A stretch of 64,000 bases of DNA from Candidatus Multivoradales bacterium (lineage in GTDB: Bacteria > Acidobacteriota > Thermoanaerobaculia > Multivoradales > Multivoraceae). A program made the translations under genes and the position numbers. The DNA is taken from NCBI GenBank assembly GCA_965223325.1, contig CBDCWI010000001.1:643917-707916 (forward strand), in the 5' to 3' direction. The notes beneath the pieces are model-generated. The model saw only the letters and a list, made by a program, of their open reading frames with translations. It was not told where the DNA came from and did no database searches. Of the stretch, positions 38,568-46,093 are shown one piece after another (position 1 is the stretch's first letter; each line of letters starts with the position of its first letter).

Positions 38568-39590
38568 ATGAAGTTCGGGCCCCTCCCCATCGACCAGGCA
38601 CTCGGCGCCGTTCTCGGTCACAACGTCTATGGCGACGACGGCCGTCGTCGACTGCGCAAAGGGCGTCGCCTCACCCCTCCCGACATTGAGCTCCTGGCAC
38701 AAGTCGGCCGGAGCTCGGTGTTCGCCGCCACGCTCGAACCCGGCGATGTGCTCGAAGACGAAGCCGCCTTGCGGGTGTCGCAGGCGGCCGCCGACCCGAC
38801 CGATCTCGTGCTCTCCGGGCCGGCCACCGGTCGCGTCAACTTCCGGGCCGAGAAGCTCGGTATTCTGCGGGTCGACGTCGAGCGCCTGCTCGAGCTGAAC
38901 GAGATCAACGGCATCACGCTGGCGACGCTCGAGAGCAACCGTGCGGTCCATGCCGGGCGCACCGTCGCAACGACCAAGATCCTCCCCTACGCCCTTTCTG
39001 AAACCGCAGTTGCCGGCGCCGAGGCGCTCCTGGTCGAGGCACCAGTGCTCCGCCTCGAAGCCTTACCCGAACGTCGAGTCGGGCTTCTGGTCACCGCCTC
39101 GAGCGGTAGCCTGGACGCGACCCTCAAAGGCTTTGATGCACCCCTCAGGCGACGGGTCGAGGCACTCGGGTCGAGCATCACCGAGGCTCGCGCGGTCGAG
39201 CTCACCGGCGATGGCGAAGTCGAGCATCTCGAGGCGGCCCTCGGTGAACTCAGCCGAAGGCCAATCGACCTGCTCCTGCTCGCCGGCGAAACCGCCATCC
39301 AGGACCGGCTCGACCTCGCTCCCCGCGCCCTCGAAGCTGCTGGCGGCGAGGTGGCGGTCTTCGGTGCACCGGTCGACCCAGGCAACCTCTTGCTGTTGGG
39401 ACAACTCGGCGGGATCGCTGTTCTCGGTGCCCCGGGCTGCGCGCGCAGCCCCAAGACCAACATCGTCGACCTCTTACTACCGCGTCTCCTGGCGGGCGAT
39501 CTGTTGACCCGGCGCGACGTCCTCGAGCTCGCTCATGGCGGTTTGCTCGAAGACGTACCCGAAAGGCCGCTGCCCCGCAGTCGCGTCTGA
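38568..39590 (+). CDS. MoeA-like molybdopterin-binding protein (MoeA N-terminal plus MoCF_biosynth domains, lacking the C-terminal domain IV)
   Basis: N-terminal PIDQALGAVLGHNVY resembles MoeA (LDEAL..VLAEDV). GAPGCARSPKTNIVDLLLPRLLAG is MoCF-type. 340 aa, against about 400 for MoeA. Confidence 0.45.
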   Translation: MKFGPLPIDQALGAVLGHNVYGDDGRRRLRKGRRLTPPDIELLAQVGRSSVFAATLEPGDVLEDEAALRVSQAAADPTDLVLSGPATGRVNFRAEKLGILRVDVERLLELNEINGITLATLESNRAVHAGRTVATTKILPYALSETAVAGAEALLVEAPVLRLEALPERRVGLLVTASSGSLDATLKGFDAPLRRRVEALGSSITEARAVELTGDGEVEHLEAALGELSRRPIDLLLLAGETAIQDRLDLAPRALEAAGGEVAVFGAPVDPGNLLLLGQLGGIAVLGAPGCARSPKTNIVDLLLPRLLAGDLLTRRDVLELAHGGLLEDVPERPLPRSRV

Positions 39591-39648
39591 GCCGCTCCGG
39601 CCTGGTGGCCCACCTCGAGGACGTGCGGCATAGAGCGAGCGCCAGCGG

Positions 39649-40164
39649 TCAGTCTCGAGGCGCCTCACTCACGGCTGCTCGCTGGTAGATCAAGCGAACC
39701 TTCTGGTCGGTGTCGACCAGCTCGAGGCGATCGGCACGTAGCCGATGACCCCGCACCTCCCGCAAGACCCCGACGAACTCGCTCTCGATCGCCGCCCGAT
39801 CGGGTTGGCAGGCGCGTCGGGACATGCCGAAGATCTCGAAGTGGAAGGGCTCTGTTTCGCCCTCCTGTGACGCACCACGACCTTTCATGAAGCGATTGCA
39901 GCCGGCGTAGCCACTGATGCCGCCATCTTCGCTGATCGTCATGTCCAACTCGACGGTCTCTGGCGCCGGCTGGCCATCGATCTCGACCAGCAGCCAGCGC
40001 CCCGTCAGGCCCTCGGTTCCACGCATCGCCTTGTCACTCTCCCGGGCTGAAACCGCCTCCTCCGGCTCAGTGCCCAATCGGGCGTCACCTGCTCCCGGAC
40101 TCATGCAGCCAACAACACAGAGCGCGAGGACCAGCAGCCCGATCGCGGGCACAGAGACCTTCAT
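39649..40164 (-). CDS. META-domain (HslJ-like, DUF306) lipoprotein
   Basis: Lipobox LALCVVGCMS. META pattern (GRWLLVEIDG...TISEDGGISGYAGCNRFMG...). Start overlaps the upstream protease stop by 4 nt. Confidence 0.7.
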   Translation of the reverse strand: MKVSVPAIGLLVLALCVVGCMSPGAGDARLGTEPEEAVSARESDKAMRGTEGLTGRWLLVEIDGQPAPETVELDMTISEDGGISGYAGCNRFMKGRGASQEGETEPFHFEIFGMSRRACQPDRAAIESEFVGVLREVRGHRLRADRLELVDTDQKVRLIYQRAAVSEAPRD

Positions 40165-41456
40165 GGAGTCGTGTTCGACCAGATATCCGCGTCGCCGACT
40201 TCGAAATCGTCGGCAAAGATGCCGCCCGCAGTGAAGTTGGTCGCGGAGAGTTGGTACTCCCCTCCGCCCTCGAACGGCACGACGTGGATGTACCACGTCC
40301 CCGGGTTGGGACTCGTGAACTCGCAGTACTCGTGGACACCCAGGGCATCGCTCTTGCAGTCGAAGTCCAGCGGTGAAGCCTGGGAGCCGAACTTGACGTA
40401 GAAGTCGAAATCGTTGGCGGCTCCATGAACCCCATTGAGCGCGAAACGCAGCAGGTCGGTTCCGGTCGGAACTTCGTGCGTCCAATCGGCTGCGTTCCCG
40501 CCACTGAGGGTGCCCGCGCCAATCAGAACCGGCGCAAAGTAGCTGTCCGCAGGGCCAACGTCGCCACAGTGTCGTGCACCGAGGTTGGCGCCAGCTTTGG
40601 TTTGGATCCACGCGCGCTCGACAAAGACATCGGCATCCCATGCCTCGTCTGGAGTTTGGCAACTGGTGTTGATACCTCCTGACGTCACACCGGCGACCGT
40701 GAGCTTGCCGTCGCCGAAAATGCCAAAGAGCGGACCACCCGAATCGCCCTGGCAAGTGTTCGAATCCTGTCCCGGAGCGCCGATCGGGCTCTCGAAGGTC
40801 CAGCACAGGTGTCGATTCCCTGGAACTTCGGTGCACGGCGCGGTAGTGACCAGACCAGAGTTTTTGTTGCCATTGCTGTTCGCGCCACCGGTGCGCCCGA
40901 AACCAACCACCAGGGCCCGGTTGCCGTCCCCGACCCGGAAGTGCGTGTTGATCGGTGCCGGCTCGACTCCGGTGACCTCCGAGGACAGCTCGAGAACTGC
41001 CGTGTCGGAACGCTCACCGAAAACATAGTTGGGCGGAACGTGCACTTTGGAGACGCCATGGATTCCGGCATGCTGGAGGAAGACACCGAAACTGTTCGCG
41101 GGGACCAGATCCGCGCCGCCGGCCTGGCAGTCGGCTCCCGTCTCGTTGCAGACACAATGGGCTGCGGTCAGCACCGTACGACAGCCGATGAGCGTTCCGG
41201 TACAGAACTGGCGGCCGCTGGTCGAGATCAGGGAAACCGTTTGAGGGAAGAGATTGGTACCAATCCCGTTGATCACCCGCTGTCCCGAAACCGGATCTCC
41301 GGCCGGAACCGTCGCCCGTGGCGATGAGTCCTCGGCAGCCTGTAGGGGGGCACCAGGTGACAAAACGAGACTCGCCAGAATCGCGACGGCAAGCCTTACC
41401 AGAGGGCTGCCGAGCGGTGACGGGGATGTGCGTGCCAGGACGTCGGAGGCGGGCAT
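40161..41456 (-). CDS. Secreted trypsin-like (S1 family) serine protease with a C-terminal pre-peptidase (PPC) domain
   Basis: Catalytic His (TVLTAAHCV), Asp (DTAVLEL), and Ser (CQGDSGGPLF). Signal peptide. The C-terminal roughly 100 aa carry the PPC bacterial pre-peptidase pattern. Confidence 0.8.
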   Translation of the reverse strand: MPASDVLARTSPSPLGSPLVRLAVAILASLVLSPGAPLQAAEDSSPRATVPAGDPVSGQRVINGIGTNLFPQTVSLISTSGRQFCTGTLIGCRTVLTAAHCVCNETGADCQAGGADLVPANSFGVFLQHAGIHGVSKVHVPPNYVFGERSDTAVLELSSEVTGVEPAPINTHFRVGDGNRALVVGFGRTGGANSNGNKNSGLVTTAPCTEVPGNRHLCWTFESPIGAPGQDSNTCQGDSGGPLFGIFGDGKLTVAGVTSGGINTSCQTPDEAWDADVFVERAWIQTKAGANLGARHCGDVGPADSYFAPVLIGAGTLSGGNAADWTHEVPTGTDLLRFALNGVHGAANDFDFYVKFGSQASPLDFDCKSDALGVHEYCEFTSPNPGTWYIHVVPFEGGGEYQLSATNFTAGGIFADDFEVGDADIWSNTTP

Positions 41457-41584
41457 GGAAACTCCTCACCGGATAGGAACCTTGGGGAAGAACCTTCCCA
41501 AGGCAGGGCAGAGCCCCGCGGAAGGAACTCCAAATGGTCGGGCAAGAATAGACCAAGGCTAGCATCCCGCATTACCCTCTACCG

Positions 41585-42247
41585 ATGACAGAGCACAACC
41601 CCATGGCGAAACCGACCAACGACGGCCGCCTCAAGTCGCCTTCAGCGGCACGCAACCGCGATCCGATCCTCGAAGTGCTACGGACCCTCTTCGAAGCCGA
41701 AGCACGGGTTCTCGAGATCGGCAGTGGAAGCGGTGAGCACGCGGTCTTCTTTGCCGAAGCCCTGCCGCGGGTGACCTGGATCCCGAGCGACCCGGACGCG
41801 GAAGCGATCCGGAGTGTCGTCACCTGGACGAGCGCTACAGGTGCCACCAACGTCGAGTTGCCCCTGCAGCTCGATGTACGCGACCCGACCTGGCCGGTCG
41901 AAGAGCTCCGACCGATCGATGCCATCGTCAGCATCAACATGATCCATATCGCCCCCTGGTCGGCGACCCTCGGCTTGCTGAGGGGCGCTGCGCGAGTCCT
42001 GGAAGACGGCGGCCTGCTTTTTCTGTACGGCCCGTTCCGGCGCGGCGGCACACACACGGCCCCTTCCAACGCTCGGTTCGACCAGTGGCTCAAGGAGCGC
42101 GATCCGAGCTACGGCGTGCGCGACCTCGACGACATCTCTCGGGAGGCAGAGGCGGTGGGCCTGGGAATCGAGCGCGAGGTCGAAATGCCCGCCAACAATC
42201 TCTCGCTCATCCTTCGGCAGAGAAACGCCGACCGGGAGCGCTGCTGA
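41585..42247 (+). CDS. DUF938 family protein (class I SAM-methyltransferase-like fold)
   Basis: VLEIGSGSGEHAVFFAE glycine-rich loop. Matches the DUF938 length and pattern. Confidence 0.6.
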   Translation: MTEHNPMAKPTNDGRLKSPSAARNRDPILEVLRTLFEAEARVLEIGSGSGEHAVFFAEALPRVTWIPSDPDAEAIRSVVTWTSATGATNVELPLQLDVRDPTWPVEELRPIDAIVSINMIHIAPWSATLGLLRGAARVLEDGGLLFLYGPFRRGGTHTAPSNARFDQWLKERDPSYGVRDLDDISREAEAVGLGIEREVEMPANNLSLILRQRNADRERC

Positions 42248-42319
42248 TGAGGAACAAACAGAAGGCGGTGCCCTTGAGGCACTCCCTGACGTGGCGCCCA
42301 GTGAGTCCATGGAGCACAG

Positions 42320-42869
42320 GTGAGTCCTTGGATCAAGGGAATATCTCTGTTCATCTTGTTGATTGGTTCACCGCTTCTCACCGAAGAGGCCGCTGTCAGT
42401 CAGTCGACCGCCACTACCGAAACGCCCTCACCTGAAAAGGTCGAGTTTCGAGACGACGCGATTCGAGCCAGTCGCGCCCTCCTCAGCGCCAGAGTCTCCG
42501 AGGGCGTGCCCGGCTTCTCGGTCGCCTTCGCTTTAAACGGCGAGGTGGTGTCGAGCGAAGGCCTCGGAGTCGCAGACATTGAAAGCCAGCGACCGGTGAC
42601 CACCGAGACGCGCTTTCGAAGCGGCAGCACCTCGAAATCCGTAACCGCTGCCTGCCGGCCGCCTACTCGAACGCGGGCTCATCGACCTCGACGCCGACAT
42701 CGCCTGGTCGTTTGAAGATTCTCCGCACAGGGACCACCCGATCACCTTGCGCCACCTGCTCTCGAACCAGGCTGGGATTCGCCACGACAAAGGCATCGAG
42801 TCCTTGAGCCGCACACACTTCGGCTCCCTCAAGACGGGTCTCGGCACTTTGACTCCGACGCTGATCTAA
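42320..42869 (+). pseudogene. Beta-lactamase / serine-hydrolase family gene remnant: N-terminal signal peptide and SxxK active site present, a +1 frameshift near 42650-42665, and truncation after about 180 codons
   Basis: Frame 1 reads ...GFSVAFALNGEVV...RFRSGSTSKSVTAA then runs into nonsense (CRPPTRTRAH). The +1 frame continues LLERGLIDLDADIAWSFEDSPHRDHPITLRHLLSNQAGIRHD...* to the stop at 42867-42869, which overlaps the convergent lpdA stop. The SDN/KTG-containing C-terminal half is absent. Confidence 0.65.
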
Positions 42870-44689
42870 CGCCCAGGTGCCTTCTTCGGCTTCTTCCGTG
42901 GTACGTACAGATCGGTGATCGTGCCCTCGAAGCCTTCAGCGCCCAGCGCAACGGTCTCAGAGAGCGTTGGATGAGGGTGAATCGAGAGGCCGATGTCGCG
43001 CGCGTCGGCACCCATCTCGATCGCCAGGACGACCTCCGCAATCAGGTCGCCGGCGTTGGGGCCTACGATACCGGCGCCCAGAATGCGTTCATCTCGAGGG
43101 TCGAAGAGCAGCTTGGTGATCCCTTCGCCTCTGCCCATTGCCAGTGCACGCCCACTGGCCGCCCAGGGGAAGGTGCCCTTCTCGTACTCGGCGCCCCTGG
43201 CCTTGGCTTCTTCCTCGGTGAGACCGACCCAGGCGACTTCCGGATCGGTGTAGGCAACGCTCGGAATGACGGTGGCGTCGAAGCCGCTCTTCAGGCCGGC
43301 AATCACCTCGGCAGCGACCTTGCCTTCATGGGTCGCCTTGTGCGCCAACATGGGCTCGCCGACGACGTCGCCGATGGCGAAAATGTGAGGCACCGCGGTG
43401 CGCATCTGGCGATCGACCTCGATGAAGCCGCGCTCGGTGACCGGAAGCCCGGCTGCCTCGGCTCCCACTTGGGTACCGTTCGGTCGCCTGCCCACCGCCA
43501 CCAGGACGCGATCGAAGGTGGCGCTCGCGGGGGCGTCCTCGCCTTCGAAGGTGACCTTGATTCCCTTCTTGAGGGCTTTGGCACCGGTCACCTTGGTTTC
43601 GAGCCAGATATTCTCGAGGGTGGCTTCGAGGCGCTTGGCGAGCGGGCGCACGAGATCCGCGTCGGCGCCCGCCATGATGCGTGGCAAGAGCTCGACGAGC
43701 GACACCCTGGTCCCGAGAGCGGCGTAGACGGTCGCCATCTCGAGGCCGATGATGCCGCCACCGATCACCAGCAGGCTCTTGGGAATATCAGAAAGAGCTA
43801 GGGCACCGGTCGAGGTCATCACCCGCTCGTCGTCGTGCGGGAGGAAGGGAAGCTCGACTGCACGCGAGCCGACCGCCACGATGGCGTGGGCAAAAGACCA
43901 CTCGCTCGTCGACGCGTCGTCTGCGAGGACCTCCAGGCGATGCGGGCTCACAAAGCGCGCGACCCCTGTGATCACACGGACCTTGCGACGCTTCGCCAGC
44001 TGGGCCAGGCCGCCGGTGAGTTTTCCAACCACTCCCTCTTTGAAGCCCCGCAGGCGATCGAGATCGATCTTGGGAGCCCCGAACGTCACCCCGTGCTGGG
44101 CGGCGGCCTCCGCCTCCTCGATCACCTTGGCAACGTGCAAGAGGGCCTTTGACGGAATACAGCCGACGTTCAGGCACACGCCTCCCAGGTCGGAATAGCG
44201 CTCGACCAGCGCCACCCGGAGACCGAGATCGGCGGCGCGGAAGGCAGCAGTGTAGCCACCCGGGCCGGCACCGATCACCACACAGTCGAAGTCGTAGTCG
44301 GCGTCGGCTGGCGCCTCGTCTAGCGCAGGCTGAGTCAGCGAGGGCACAGCTGGCAAAGGAGCGGCGGGCGCCCCTTCTTCGGCCGCGGTCACCTCAGAAG
44401 CTCCCGATTCAGAAGCCTGCTCGCCGGCAGCTGGAACAAGAGCAGGCTCGAGCACTGCGATCACCGCACCCTCCCCGACCTTGTCACCGAGCGCCACCCG
44501 AATCTCCGTCACGGTGCCAGCCGCCGGAGATGGGATTTCCATCGAGGCCTTGTCGCTTTCGAGCGTCACCAAGGAATCGTCGATCGCCACATGGTCGCCC
44601 ACTGCCACCAGAATCTCGATGACATCGACGTCGTCGAAATCCCCAATGTCAGGAACAGCGACCTCCACAAGACCCGCCATCTGCGTCAC
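42866..44689 (-). CDS. lpdA: Dihydrolipoyl dehydrogenase (E3) with an N-terminal lipoyl domain
   Basis: Lipoyl domain (VTLESDKASMEIPSPAAGTV). FAD-binding GAGPGGY and redox-active disulfide GGVCLNVGCIPSK. NAD-binding and dimerisation domains present. Confidence 0.9.
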   Translation of the reverse strand: MTQMAGLVEVAVPDIGDFDDVDVIEILVAVGDHVAIDDSLVTLESDKASMEIPSPAAGTVTEIRVALGDKVGEGAVIAVLEPALVPAAGEQASESGASEVTAAEEGAPAAPLPAVPSLTQPALDEAPADADYDFDCVVIGAGPGGYTAAFRAADLGLRVALVERYSDLGGVCLNVGCIPSKALLHVAKVIEEAEAAAQHGVTFGAPKIDLDRLRGFKEGVVGKLTGGLAQLAKRRKVRVITGVARFVSPHRLEVLADDASTSEWSFAHAIVAVGSRAVELPFLPHDDERVMTSTGALALSDIPKSLLVIGGGIIGLEMATVYAALGTRVSLVELLPRIMAGADADLVRPLAKRLEATLENIWLETKVTGAKALKKGIKVTFEGEDAPASATFDRVLVAVGRRPNGTQVGAEAAGLPVTERGFIEVDRQMRTAVPHIFAIGDVVGEPMLAHKATHEGKVAAEVIAGLKSGFDATVIPSVAYTDPEVAWVGLTEEEAKARGAEYEKGTFPWAASGRALAMGRGEGITKLLFDPRDERILGAGIVGPNAGDLIAEVVLAIEMGADARDIGLSIHPHPTLSETVALGAEGFEGTITDLYVPRKKPKKAPGR

Positions 44690-44691
44690 CC

Positions 44692-46044
44692 TCAGACCAG
44701 CAACCGACGCATGTCACCGAGAACAGACGCCAGGTAGGTGGTGAATCGCACTCCCATGGCTCCGTCGATCACTCGATGGTCATAAGAGAGACAGAGCGGC
44801 AGCATCAAACGAGGCGCAAAGGCGTCGCCCTGCCATACCGGCTTTCGTTCCATGCGCGCTACCCCGAGAATCGCCAGCTCGGGAGCATTGACGATCGGGG
44901 TGAAGCCGGTGCCTCCGATGCCGCCAAGGCTCGAGATCGTGAAGGTCGCGCCCTGAATGTCGTTGGGGCGCAGTTTTCCCTCCCGCGCCCGCGCACTGAC
45001 CTCACCCAGCTCGCCGGCCAACTCGAAGAGACCCTTCTGGTCGACGTCACGAATCACCGGCACGACCAGCCCGTTCGGAGTGTCGACGGCGACCGCGAGG
45101 TGGTAGTAGCGCTTGAGAATCAGGCTCTCACCAGAGGGCGCCAGGGACGCGTTGACCTCCGGAAACTTCACGAGCGCCCCCACGCAGGCCTTGAGCAGAA
45201 AGGCAAGCGGCGTGAGCTTGACGCCTGCTGCTGCGGCCTCGGGCTTGAGCTCCTTTCGAAACGCCTCGAGCTCGGTGACGTCGGCTTCGTCGAACTGGGT
45301 GACGTGCGGAACGTTGAGCCAGCTCCGGTGAAGATTGCGCGACGACACCCGACGGATGCGGTGCAGCTCGATCTCCTCGACCGGCCCGAAGCGCGAGAAG
45401 TCGATCGTGGGAACGGCCGGGATGCCGCTGCCCTCTGCAACCGGGTCGGCACCACCGCCAAGGCGCTCCTTGACGTAGCGCCGCACGTCGTCGGCGAGGA
45501 TGCGCTCCTTGCGCCCCGAACCCTTGACCTTCTGCAGGTCGACCCCGAGCTCGCGCGCGAACCGGCGAACCGACGGACTGGCGTGCACAATCGCCCCGGC
45601 ACCTGCCGCGCGAACCGAGCTTCCCACGGCGATTTCAGGCGCTGGTGGCGGTGCCTCGTCCTGGTCGAGGTCGGAGTCGGCCTTGGGACGACGGGTATCG
45701 ACCGCTCGCACCGGCTCTGCGGCCGGTGTCCCTGCGGGAGGCTCGGCAGCGACTGCGGAAGGGGGGCCTGTCGCCTCCTCGGGCTCCGCCTCCGAAGCGC
45801 CGGCAGCGGCCTCGAGCACGACGATCACTGCCCCCTCGCCGACCTTGTCGCCCACTCTGACGGGCACACTCTTGACGGTACCAGCGTGCGTCGAGGGCAC
45901 CTCCATCGAGGCCTTGTCGCTCTCGAGCGTCACCAAGGAGTCGTCGATGGCGACCTGGTCCCCTACCGCCACCAGTACTTCGATGACGTCGACCTCGTCG
46001 AAGTCACCGATATCCGGCACCTTGATCTCTACTGGTTCGACCAC
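44692..46044 (-). CDS. aceF: Dihydrolipoamide acetyltransferase (PDH E2)
   Basis: One lipoyl domain (VTLESDKASMEVPS). Peripheral subunit-binding domain (ASPSVRRFARELGVDL). Catalytic domain with DHRVIDGA. Confidence 0.9.
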   Translation of the reverse strand: MVEPVEIKVPDIGDFDEVDVIEVLVAVGDQVAIDDSLVTLESDKASMEVPSTHAGTVKSVPVRVGDKVGEGAVIVVLEAAAGASEAEPEEATGPPSAVAAEPPAGTPAAEPVRAVDTRRPKADSDLDQDEAPPPAPEIAVGSSVRAAGAGAIVHASPSVRRFARELGVDLQKVKGSGRKERILADDVRRYVKERLGGGADPVAEGSGIPAVPTIDFSRFGPVEEIELHRIRRVSSRNLHRSWLNVPHVTQFDEADVTELEAFRKELKPEAAAAGVKLTPLAFLLKACVGALVKFPEVNASLAPSGESLILKRYYHLAVAVDTPNGLVVPVIRDVDQKGLFELAGELGEVSARAREGKLRPNDIQGATFTISSLGGIGGTGFTPIVNAPELAILGVARMERKPVWQGDAFAPRLMLPLCLSYDHRVIDGAMGVRFTTYLASVLGDMRRLLV

Positions 46045-46093
46045 GCCACTACCCTTCTCTCGTTCCGTTCTCGCTGTTTCTCATGGTCGACGT

